The notes under the pieces were generated by a model. It was not told the DNA's origin. It searched no databases and saw only the letters and a list, made by a program, of their open reading frames with translations. A stretch of 64,000 nt of DNA, taken from contig NC_135804.1 of assembly GCF_964213995.1 (NCBI RefSeq), forward strand, positions 89,280,001 to 89,344,000, given 5' to 3'. Made by a program: the position numbers and the translations under genes. The DNA comes from Mustelus asterias. Taxonomy: Eukaryota. Shown here one piece after another: positions 23,450 through 34,554 of this stretch (positions are counted from its first letter, which is position 1; each line of letters starts with the position of its first letter).

Positions 23450-23614
23450 CTCACCTACACTGATGCCACGCAAAACAAAGGAACACTGTCCATATTTGGG
23501 AGCGTTGGAGAAAACGGCCGTGCCATGACCCTTGACTACCTGTGGTCACTGCACGCTGTACCAGGTGTCAGACATGGTACCAGAGTGGCTGATGGTGCAC
23601 CAGACTTTTCATAA
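23450..23614 (+). CDS. GRIA3: GRIA3 terminal exon, long C-terminal tail reading frame (GluA2L/GluA4-like, 54 aa)
   Basis: Polypyrimidine tract ctctttcttttcccttctttgtaacacag| then [54 protein letters not shown]. Contains the [12 protein letters not shown] signature of long AMPAR tails and is in frame with the donor at 10908. Confidence 0.8.
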   Translation, partial: [54 protein letters not shown]

Positions 23615-24810
23615 AAAACTGAATACTCCTTCAGTGCCTTATGGAACATAATGGAGAATCACAACAATGCAACTCATCATTCTGAATCACAATAAGAGTC
23701 TAGCTTGCTTGAAAATACAGGACAGAGTTTTAAAAAAAAGAATCAAGCTTCTCTGTGAAATTATATACTGGAATAAAATCAATTTAGTTCAGCAAAAAGC
23801 CATCATTTGATAACACCACTACTGCAGAGAAAAGGTTTCATGTATAAAACGTCTGAACAATAACATTGGAATTTATTACTTTGAGTGCCAGTGCAGTCTC
23901 CTTGTACCAAATAAATGAAAATTTGGAAAAGCACTCAAAAGAAATATGCAATATAAAATGTCTGAAAACAGTTCCTTGAACGACTGATTGACTCATAATA
24001 AATAATGGCAATTTTAAAAATTAGATATTCCTCGCAAAATACAGAGGCAAAATTCTTACATGATATCTTTTCTGTGAGAGAAAACAAACATAATTGTAAG
24101 TTTTTTAAAAATAAAATCCAGGCTGTTCAGTAAAGTACCTACATACTAATTACCTCTGTTAATATTACAAGATGGGGATTCAGTGGGTTAACATCCAATG
24201 TGTGAGGAAGCAAAGGAGGTGCTGTCAAGGTGTCAAAAAGAATGTGAACAATCATGTACAATGAAATGGCCTACTTTTATATCGGAGCAAACGTGTTTAA
24301 CCTATTCCTCTCTGAATACGTTCAAGTGTCTGATCACTGAGAAGATTTAATCTGAATCGAGAATGACCTGATCAGTTGAGAAAGGGTTAATCAGTGCTCC
24401 ACAAATAAAGTATCTATAGGAAAAAAAATGATTTTTTTAAAGGATTATATGAACAGAACCAATGTAGATTTATCAACTTGTGTCAGTTTTCAAGAGTGAT
24501 CGACTTCACAGAGGTGAAGGATTTGAGTTCTTTTCATTCTTTTTAAACTTGCATGTAAGACAATGATTGCCTACACTTCCCGCTATTAACTTCAAGCTAT
24601 AGAAGTTAAGCTGTAGTCACTTAAAGATTTCCTTTTGTTAAAACTGCACATCAGCAAACACAGAAATGTTAACAAAACAAGCAAAATAGCAAATATTTAA
24701 AGCATAAAGATGCATGAGTGGACATCATTTACTGAGTCTCAGTAATGAGGTGTTGTAAAAGAAAGGAATTTTAATACATTTTGTAAATAAACTGTATAGA
24801 AAAAAGGAGT
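23615..24810 (+). other. GRIA3 3' UTR (putative)
   Basis: Unique AT-rich, repeat-free sequence after the terminal-exon ORF, with several AATAAA hexamers (23772, 23910, 24786 and others). Confidence 0.65.
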
Positions 24811-24895
24811 CTGCAAATGTCTGACCAAATCACAGTGTACGCCTCTGTATTTTTTTCTTAATAGCTTTTATGGTCGGGTGGTTTTTTATTTTTTT
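24786..24895 (+). terminator. Probable distal polyadenylation signal with downstream U/GU-rich element
   Basis: AATAAA at 24786-24791, followed by U- and GU-rich tracts at about 24845-24895; repeat sequence begins about 200 nt later. Confidence 0.55.
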
Positions 24896-25402
24896 GAAGC
24901 AGTAAGGCCTGACACTTCTGTGTTTTTGCCCTTTACCAGTGTGTAATCAACTGTGGTTACAAGAAGCTCCCTCCATCAGTTGCACTTAATACTGCAAAAC
25001 TGCCTGGCTTCCTTTATCACAATGTCATCACAATGTGGGTGTCTGATACTGGTGTCAGGATATAGGAGCTCATAAGATGAGCAGGGGAGGCAATGGCCCA
25101 GTGGTATTATTGCTAGACTATTGATCCAGAAACTCAGTTCATGTTATGGGGACCCGGGTTCGATAACATGAACCTGGGTTAACAGATGGGGGAATTTGAA
25201 TTCAATAAAAAAATCTGGAATTAAGAGTCTACTGGTGACCATGAAATTATTGTCGACTATTGTCAGAAAAACCCATCTGTTTCACTATTGGCCTTTCGGG
25301 AAGGAAATCTGCCGCCCTTGCCTGGTCTGGCATACATGTGAACACAGTAAGAAGTCTCACAACACCAGGTTAAAGTCCAACAGGTTTATTTGGTAGCAAA
25401 AG

Positions 25403-25439
25403 TCACAAGCTTTTGGAGTGCTGCTCCTTCATCAGGTGA
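25403..25439 (-). ncRNA. Minimal hammerhead ribozyme, probably inactive
   Basis: Reverse complement UCAC CUGAUGA A GGAGCAGCACUCC AAAA GCUU GUGA; the GAAA box is mutated to AAAA. Confidence 0.7.
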
Positions 25440-25653
25440 GTGGGATTTCAGTTCACAAACAGGGCATATAAAGACACAAACTCAATTTACAAAATAATGG
25501 TTGGAATGCGAGTCTTTACAGGTAATCAAGTCTTAAAGGTACAGCCAATGTGAGTGGAGAGAGGGTTAAGCACAGGTTAAAGCGATGTGTATTGTCTCCA
25601 GCCAGGACAGTTAGTGAGATTTTGCAAGCCCAGACAAGTTGTGGGGGTTACAG

Positions 25654-28020
25654 CTAGTGTGACATGAACCCAAGATCCCGGTTAAGGCCGTTCTCATGTG
25701 TGCGGAACTTGGCTATCAGTCTCTGCTCAGCGATTCTGCGTTGTCGTGTGTCGTGAAGGCCACCTTGGAAAACGCTTACCCGAAGATCAGAGGCTGAATG
25801 CCCGTGACCGCTGAAGTGTTCCCCAGCAGGAAGAGAACACTCTTGCCTGGTGATTGTCGAGCGGTGTTCATCCATTGTCGTAGCATCTGCATGGTCTCCC
25901 CGATGTACCATGCCTCGGGCCATCCTTTCCTGCAGCGTATCAGGTAGACAATGTTGGCTGAGTTGCAAGTGTATGTACCGTGTACCTGGTGGATGGTGTT
26001 CTCACGTGAGATAATGGCATCCATGTCGATGATCCGGCACGTCTTGCAGAGGTTGCTGTGGCAGGGTTGTGTGGTGTCGTGGTCACTGTTCTCCTGAAGG
26101 CTGGGTAGTTTGCTGCGGACAATGGTCTGTTTGAGGTTGTGCAGTTGTTTGAAGGCAAGAAGTGGGGGTGTGGGGATGGCCTTGGCGAGATGTTCGTCTC
26201 CATCGATGACATGTTGAAGGCTCTGGAGAAGATGTCGTAGCTTCTCCGCTCCGGGGAGGTACTGGACGACGAAGGGTACTCTGTCTGCCATTTTCCGTGT
26301 TTGTCTTCTGAGGAGGTTGGTGCGGGTTTTTCGCTGTGGCGCGTTGGAACTGTCGATCGATGAGTCGAGCGCCATATACTGTTCTTATGAGGGCATCTTT
26401 CAGCGTCTGGAGGTGTCCGTTGCGATCCTCCTCATCTGAGCAGGTCCTGTGTATACGGAGGGCTTGTCCGTAGGGGATGGCTTCTTTAACGTGTTTCGGG
26501 TGGAAGCTGGAGAAGTGGAGCATCGTGAGGTTATCCGTGGGCTTGCGGTACAGTGAAGTGCTGAGGTGACCGTCCCTGATGGAGATGTGTGTGTCCAAGA
26601 ATGCAACCAATTCCGGAGAGTAGTCCATGGTGAGTCTGATGGTGGGATGAAACATGTTGATGTCATCATATAGTTGTTTCAGTGATTGTTCACCATAAGT
26701 CCAAAGGAAGAAAATGCCATTGATGCATCCAGTGCACAGCATCAGCCGAAGGTCCTGTGCGGCGAAGAGGCCCCGCCCGAACCCGTGCACGAAGATGCCG
26801 GCACATTGAGGTGCGAACTTGGTCCCCATGGCTGCCCCGCGTATCCGGACGAAGAACCGGCAGCTGAAGGTAAAGACACCGCGGTCCAGAATGAAGCGGA
26901 TGAGCCGCAAAACTGCATCCGGAGACCGGCAGCCGCCGGCGCCGAGCACTGAGGCAGCCGCAGCAACGCCATCGTCGCGGGGGATGCCAGTGCAGAGTGC
27001 TGAGACACCCACCACAATGAGGAGTGCTCCCGGCCCAACCGCTCCATGTGCGCTGGGGCTCTGCAGGAAGTCCGCAGCACCGCGACAAAAGCCGGGGGCC
27101 CCCCGCACAATGGGCCCCAGGATGCCCCCGACGCAGCCGGCGAGGCTCCCGCACAGGGTTCCACCGCCCAACACGAAAGGACAGCCGGGCGTGTCTGCCC
27201 CATGCATCTTTGGGAGGCAGCAGAGATCCCCAACGCAGGGAGTACATGGGACGAGAGCACGGAGGGTGCTCAGAAGGTCCGGATCAAATGTCCCGACCAG
27301 TCTGCTGAGCCGACAGGCGCGCTCCCCGGTCAGATTCGCGGGCAACTGTTTGTAGTGTTCCCCGTTGTTCAGCCGTCGGCACACGTCCCCGCAGCAATCT
27401 GTTCTGTTCAGTATGGCGATGGCCCCTCCTTCGTCTGCTGGTTTGATGACAATGTTGCGGTTGGTCTTGAGAGCGCGGATGGCGTTGCGTTGTGCTTGGG
27501 TGATGTTCGGGGCTGTCTTGTGAGTGCGGCTGATGAATCTGGCATTGACACACCTCCTGACGGCTTGGGCATACATGTCAAGTCGAGGGCAGCGGCCTTC
27601 TGGAGGAGTCCAATTCAGTTGCTGCAGTGCAGATCTCTCTGTCGGCTGTTCTGGTTCATTGGCTGTCTCATTGTGTTCGTTGTTGGCCTCTTGGGGTTTG
27701 TGGAAGAACTCCCGCAGCCTCATTCACCTGATGAATTCCTCTGTGTCCGCTGAGAGACAGATGGGATCTATTTTGGTGGTGGGGCAGAAATTGAGCCCTC
27801 GGCTGAGAACTTTGATTTCATCTGGTTGAAGTGTGTAGTCCGACAAGTTGACAATGGACTTCCCTGCAGTGGTACTGTTTTCTCCTGTGGTACCGGGGGA
27901 GTCTTGGTTGCTGCTGGTCGTGATGCCGAGTTTCTCAAGTTTCCTGTTCTTGGTGTGCATGTAGATGGCATAGTTCCTTTGGCCTGTCTGCTTGGCAGAG
28001 TTTCTCAGCTGGTCTGCGTC
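25654..28020 (-). pseudogene. Disrupted Penelope RT/GIY-YIG polyprotein
   Basis: Split over ORFs 27724-27960, 26083-27723, 25776-26375 and 25654-25968 by a stop and frameshifts. The catalytic YIDD position reads CING. Confidence 0.88.
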
Positions 28021-28400
28021 CTGAGCGCAATTTGGAGGGCATTCGGCCTCTGATCTTCGGGTAAGCGTTCGCCAAGGTGACCTTCACGACACACGACAAC
28101 GCAGAGTCACTGAGCAGAGACTGATCGCCAAGTTCCAAACACATGAAGACGGCCTTAACCAGGATCTTGGGTTCATGTCACACTACCTGTAACGCCCACG
28201 ACTTGTCTGGGCTTGCAAAATCTCACTAACTGTCCTGGCTGGAGACAATACACATCTCTTTAACCTGTGCTTAACCCTCTCTCCACTCACATTGTCTGTA
28301 CCTTTAAGACTTGATTACTTGTAAAGACTCGCATTCCAACCATTATTTTGTAAATTGAGTTTGTGTCTTTATATGCCCTGTTTGTGAACTGAAATCCCAC

Positions 28401-28437
28401 TCACCTGACGAAGGGGCAGCGCTCCGAAAGCTAGTGT
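28401..28437 (+). ncRNA. Minimal type I hammerhead ribozyme (Penelope terminal repeat), core intact
   Basis: CAC CUGACGA A GGGGC-agc-GCUCC GAAA GCU A GUG: stem I CAC/GUG, 5-bp stem II, palindromic AGCU stem III, cleavage triplet CUA. Confidence 0.8.
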
Positions 28438-29564
28438 GGCTTTTGCTACCAAATAAACCTGTTGGACTTTAACCTGGTGTTGTGAGACTTCTTACTGTGT
28501 TTACCCCAGTCCAACGCCGGCATCTCCACATCATGTCTACATGTGAATCCAGAGCCACAGCAATGTGGTTGACTCTCGACTGCCCTTGGGCAACTAGGTG
28601 GCCAGGTCCCACAAATGAATAAAGAACATAAATCCAGGGAGCAGGTCCTGGTATTTGCATCTGCATTCAAACATATTCTATTCAGAATTTAAAAGAATAG
28701 TTTCAACCTGTAATGTCAACATAAAAACGATTGACCTGATCTGCCTCAGCCCGGAAAAATGTGCCTCACTGTGCATGAAATGGAGACTGGTAATAAATGT
28801 CTTGCCAATTTGGGTGAAATTTCACTGAACATTATGCATGTCACAAATACTTTCAGGTGCAGTAATACACAGCTGGATTTTCACCACAGAGACAGACAGT
28901 TGGGTCTGCCTTTAGGTCAGAAAGCTGCCTCCAGTGAGAAACTGATTAAAGATAAGATTTTCGATACGATTTTCGAGGAAGTGGTTGAGCTCTTAATTGG
29001 TTCGGAGGCAGGTTCCCTACGCACTCCAAGTCGGGGAGGTGGCGGAAGAGACAGAAATGGGGATGGTTCAGATGAAGTGTGGGATTCGTTCAGACACCCC
29101 ATAGCAGCTTTCACTGAGGCTGAGGGAGTGATCCACAGCTGGTGCCAAAGCCTTCCGCAGTACCATAGGGAAATGAAATGCCACAGGAGATCTGGAAGCC
29201 TGGCACCAAGGCCAGGACAAACCCCCGCCAATCTGGATCCAATACTGGAGGCCTTGAGGGAGAGGAAGGCATTCACCTCATCATGTGGCAGGAGTACGTC
29301 CCTGTTCAGCATCATCCCCCTCCTGCCTCCTCTTCCTCCTCCTCTCTCACCTTCTGCCCCTGTTCAATGCATTCCAGGGCCTCATTGTACTCAAGGTCCA
29401 CCCTCAGGAAGGCCATGTTATGGAGAGCATAGCAGACCACCACAATGAGTGAGAGAGCCTTGCAGAAAGGTATTGGGAATCACCAAACTGGTCCAGTCAC
29501 TAGAAATGATTCTTCAGAAGCCTGAAGGCCGATGAATGGTTTTGCAACTGAGCGGGTGACTCTG

Positions 29565-30064
29565 GTTCATCAACTTTTACAGATGCTCCATAGAAAGCAT
29601 TCTTCCTGGCTGTATCACAGCTTTGGATGGCTCCTGCTCTGGCCAAAACTGCAAGAAACTACAAAAGGTCCTGAATATACCCCAATCCATCACGCAAACC
29701 AGCCTCCCATCCATTGTCTCTGTCTAAACTTCCCGCTGCCTCGGCAAAGAAGCCAGCAAAATTAAGGACCACACGCACCCCAGACATTCTTTCTTCCACC
29801 GTCTTCCGCCAGGAAAAGAATACACAAGTCTGAGGTCATGTACCAACCGACTCAAGAACAGCTTTTCCCCTGCTGCTGTCAGACTTTTGAATGAACCTAC
29901 CTTGCATTAAGTTGATCTTTCTCTATACCCTAGCTATAACTGTAACACTACATTCTGCACTCACTTGTTTCCTTCTCTGTGAACAGTATGCTTTGTATAG
30001 CGCGCAAGAAACAATACTTTTCACTGGACACTAATACATGTGACAATAAAAAATCAAATCAAAA
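29565..30064 (+). mobile_element. Rex1/Babar-type 3' fragment
   Basis: Closely matches the reverse complement of about 50070-50570. Confidence 0.85.
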
Positions 30065-30359
30065 ATCCTACAGATGGTTCCCTATCCCTTATCCTTTAGG
30101 ATCCATTCCACACTTTAGGACTTGGAGTGAGGCAGCTTTGACTGGCAGAGGAGGAGGAAAGTGTTATGACTGCTGCCAGGAAAGCGACGGCACATTTAGT
30201 GGAAGCTTTTGTTGTGATCACAGAGCAGTTGAACATAGAGAGAGTGGAAAACCTTTCTGTTCATGGATCTCACTGGGTAGTCCCTAGATGCAATGAAAGC
30301 CACAATGATGCATTACATCAGAGAAGTGGTGGAAAGAATGAATGTAGAAGGGATATCAA

Positions 30360-31305
30360 TCAAGCAGACTACTTTGTCCTAGATGGTGTCAAGATTCTTG
30401 AGTGTTGTTGGAGTTGCACTCATCCAGGCAAGTGGAGAGTATTCCAATATACTCCTGACTTGTACATGGTGGATAGGCATTGGGGAGTCAGCCCAAACCT
30501 GGATGTTGTCCATGTCTTGTTGCATTTGGATATGAACTGCTTTAGTATCTGAGAAATCACGAATGGTGCTGAACATCCCAACTTCTGACATTATGATGGA
30601 AGGAAGGTCATTGATGAAGCAGCTGAAGATGGTTGGGCCAAGGACACTACCCTGAGGAACTCTTCCATTGAAAGCCGGCAACTGAGATGATTGACCTCCA
30701 ACAACCACAACTTGTGACAGGCATGATTCTAACCAGTGGACAGCTCTCTCCCTAATTTCCATTGACCCCGGTTTTGATAGGGATCTTTAATGCAATACGC
30801 GGTCAAATGCTGCTTTGATGTCAAGGGCAGTCACTCTCACCTGACCTCTGGAGTTCAGCTCTTTTGTTCACATTTGAAACAAGGCTGTAATTCGGCGAAG
30901 AGCTGAGTGACTCTGGCAGAACACAGACTGAGCATCCGTGAGCAGGTTATTGCTGAGTATGTTCTCCTTGATAGCACTGTTAATAACCCCTTCCATCACT
31001 TTACTGATGACCGAGTGTAGACTCACGGGACGGTAACTGATTGGGTTAGATTAGTCCTGTTTCATGTGTACAGGACATGCCTGGAAAATTTGCAGCATTG
31101 CCGGGTAGATGCCAGAGTTGTAGCTGTACTGGAACAGCTACTGAGTTAGGGGCGCAACAAGTTCTGGAGCACAGTCTTCAGTACTATTGCCTGAATATTG
31201 TCAGGACCCATGGCTTTTGCAGTATCCAGTGCCTTCAGCCATTTTTTGATATCATGTGAAATGAATCGAATTGAATGAAGACTGATATCTGTTATTCTGG
31301 GGACC
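30360..31305 (-). mobile_element. CR1/L2-group LINE family B RT fragment
   Basis: [36 protein letters not shown]. Confidence 0.85.
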
Positions 31306-32964
31306 TCCAGAGGAAGTGCTCTGATCTACAATGTGACTAGCTCTTAAAATACCCTCCAAAATGGCCCAGCGAGCCACTCAGTTCAAGGGCAATTAGCGAT
31401 AGGCAACAAATGCTGGCCCAGCCAGTGATACGCACATCCCATAAATGAATAATTTTAAGCCACAGATTGACTACATTTTGTTCTGATTCTGTTTACAACC
31501 TAACCCTTCATTGACATAGCATCTAGATAACTCTCAAACAAAGGCCGGATTTTTACTTTGGAGCGACTGAGGGGTGGACATTGGGAAGGTCTGTTGGCCT
31601 CAGGTGGGATTTCACGGTTTTGGGATGAGTGAGGCCATAAAATCCTGCCCAAAATCCCTGAATGATAGCAATCCCTCTCAAAGCTAAAAATAATAAGTGT
31701 GTTCCAGTGAATAAATGCACAGTCCTTTCATAACTCAGAACAAGATTCAAATCCATTACACACTGCTGGGGTGAAAAGTTCCAATTTAGCTGCAGGGATT
31801 GAAAGCGAAAAGGGTCTCATTAACCTCAATCCATTTCTAATGAGGGTGAATCTACAGAACAGGTATCCATAGTGGACATTAATTAGGATCATATATTAAT
31901 CTCATTCAAAGGGCTGCACAATGAGTGTTCTAATGAAAGTGGGACTAAGAAACACTGTTAATGCAGAGGCAAATGACCCTATTCCTGCACCCAACTAATC
32001 TTGCAGATAGTGAATACTGGTCACTCACACCTTCCCACAGCACTAACATCTCTTATTTACAATATGGAAAATCACCAATAAGTATGATTAAGACTTTTAC
32101 GACAATTTAACAAATGTTGCAAATGAAGAAATATTAAGCTTCACTGTGTTTTTCTTTTATCTTGTTTTATCGATACCATCACAAATAGGCAATATGTATA
32201 TGAATTGAATGGTACAAGATGGAGAATGTATTTTCACAGCATTCATAGATTCAGTGGCGATGAGCAGTCTCGTAATCTGTAGCTAACCGGTTATAGCTAA
32301 TGGAATGATAAACACTGTCCTTAGATAAAGTACGATGTATGAAATATTTATTGTGTGCAGACACAAACACAGCTTTATTCTGACTCAGGCTGTGGCAGCA
32401 TCACAGTTCCACACATTTATAAGGCTTAATTCTGCTGTCCCGAGGAGCAGCCTTTGTACTGGGAATCTTAGTTGTCACATCAATCTCAAATTAAATCAGT
32501 TAATATTTTGAAACACAAGTTGAATTGGTGAAAATCTGATATAAGCAAATTTGCGCTAGATTTGCCACGTCACTTTTGTTCTCAGGTGGAATTTAATCCA
32601 AGCTACAGGGGTCTCACTCGCCAGCTGGAGAACTGGCGAGAGCCCCATGTCATGTCCTTCAGGGAAGGCTCACCACATTAAGTGAGAGTCAGGCACTTAA
32701 GTGTCCAGCGGTGGGAGGGCACAGATACCACTCCTCCACCCCGCGCCCCTGGAATGCCACCAGCAAGAGGCCAGCAGCTACTCATCAGCATCAACAGCAA
32801 TGGGGGAGCAGTGCTAGCTGCAGAAATACACCCAATCCAGGCCTGGAATCAATGAGGGAACCAGACCACAGGCAAATGTATAATGACTGAATGCCAATGT
32901 CATATGCTCGGGATACATCTAAAGTGACTCAAATCAACCAGTTCTGAGTTAATAAGGAAACATA

Positions 32965-33636
32965 GGGTGGAATTCTGGGACTAAGTCCTGTGGTAGGGGC
33001 GAGGAATGTGGAGTGGTCCCTGTAGCAGAGGCTGACAGGAAACCGCATCATATCTTCCAGCCCCAACCTCATTAATTATGCACCTGGGGATTTAGCGCCA
33101 TTTCCACGCTGGGGCGGGCGGAAGTTCCGCCATCGTAGCTGGGTGCCATATTGGAAAGTCACCCAACATCGCTGACCCGGGTTGAAGAAAGAAGATGGAC
33201 TCCCTGACAAAGGATGGATCTCCTGGAATACGCCGAATCTGGAAGATGGATCTCCTTGAAAATACTGAATGATCTACCTGTAGATGCTCCCCATCCCCCC
33301 TTCTGTACTGTTCTGGGGTCCAGGGTGGTCTCCATCCTGAGCTCCAGAGGCAGCCCAGGCATTTTTCAAGTAAGTCCTGACTTCCACATGCCACATTGTT
33401 CCACACGTGTTCCCGTTGACGATATGGAGAATCAGGTGTGGGCAGAAGATTCCGGTCAGGCCTCAATCTGCATCCCATTAGCGTGTAAATTAGTTTCACG
33501 CTGGTCACCAGCGGGTTTGCTGATCCACCATGTCGGGCACCAGCAGAAGATCTCACAGGGGATAAAATCAATCATTGGACTCCCATCGAATAATCCGTGC
33601 CCTGCCTGCCATTGAACCCATGGGAGAATTCCACCC
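32965..33636. mobile_element. Harbinger-type MITE, same family as 12355-13131
   Basis: GGGTGGAATTCT...AGAATTCCACCC termini; shared internal blocks. Confidence 0.75.
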
Positions 33637-33829
33637 ACAAGTGGTGAATCTTGATCCTAAGGCAGTTATCCTTATGTTAATGACATATTTGTATCGGTTT
33701 CCTATGTTCCATTGTGCCTTCACTATGGAGCATCTTGCAGTTGAGAACAACTGTGACTGGGATGTTGGAATTTGGCATTTACGAAAAGGGGGAACAAACA
33801 CCTGCAGAAATATTGAGACTGTTACAGAA

Positions 33830-34488
33830 AATATTTTTCAGCTGGCGTTTGCAACGGGCGAAAATGACGACACCGGTGGAAAATCCCATGAGACCGCAGG
33901 AACGAGAATCTCACCGGTGAAATCCTATCCTCCCATTTTCCCCTCCCCTCTCCAGTGACGCAATATATTTAAATACATTAAAGGACTTCCCCACCATATG
34001 TTCCCTCCCGCCTCTTCCCCCAACCCCCGCGCTCCCCGGTAGAGAATTCCTCGCTCTCTGATGTGATCGCTCTTGTTGGCGATGTTTACACCTTCTGCAA
34101 AAGGTGTAACTGTCAAGGAAAACCCTACCTGGGGTGCAGAGGTCAGTACAGCAGCCGGGGTGGGGGGTAGGGGGGGTTATACCCAGGCAATGCCCTGGCA
34201 ACCCTGATGTTCGTTGGGGAGGGCGAGGAGGTTGCCCTGATGCTTGTGAGGGGTCCTCCATGTCCGTGGGGTGATGGGGTTGTGGTGCGGGGGATGGGTG
34301 GGGTGGTTTCTTTCAAACGCTGATCAGGGTTCCCTTTAAAGATCTCTGTTGCCAGTCTGATGGCACAAACCACGCTCCCAGATTTTATGTGCACAGAGTG
34401 CCAGAGAATCTGGAAAGAAAATTTGGCTGGTCAGCTGGAGAGCTGCACGCCAGTTTTCTTGCTGACTAATTATGGGAAGATTTCGCCC
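33830..34488. mobile_element. Degenerate GC-rich MITE-like element
   Basis: Ends GGGAAGATTTCGCCC; shares blocks with 42840-43913. Confidence 0.55.
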
Positions 34489-34554
34489 TGTGCAACTATT
34501 TATTTTTGCATCTGTTAAAAAGAGAAATGGTTGAAATTATACTGAGAAGACATA

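Larger units (their letters stand above)
25343..28534 (-). mobile_element. Penelope-like retroelement (RT + GIY-YIG endonuclease) with ~460-bp inverted terminal repeats
   Basis: Minus-strand ORFs give PLE RT motifs (IVIKPAD-GG, LPK-H, G-AMGTKFAP, FLD, LYRKPTD) and GIY-YIG (NIVYLIRC...WYIGET...GLNRDLG). 25343-25803 is the reverse complement of 28037 to about 28500. TACATGTGAA flanks both sides (25333-25342, 28538-28547). Confidence 0.93.
25084..28626 (+). mobile_element. Second tRNA-derived SINE family, split by the Penelope insertion (pieces 25084-25342 and 28538-28626)
   Basis: tggcccagtggta...gggttcga head; sequence reads through once the Penelope and one TSD copy are removed. A related 3' half lies at about 31320-31452. 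Confidence 0.75.

Noticed and set aside
26717-27432. APOBEC G-to-A editing, a CpG island, or real overlapping GC-rich ORFs (26690-27753)
   Set aside because: The direction of change at conserved RT residues is A to G on the coding strand. The extra ORFs arise because the hypermutation removed stop codons.
28759-29448. 229-aa ORF
   Set aside because: No recognisable domain or splice context; probably a degraded transposon interior. I could not assign it.
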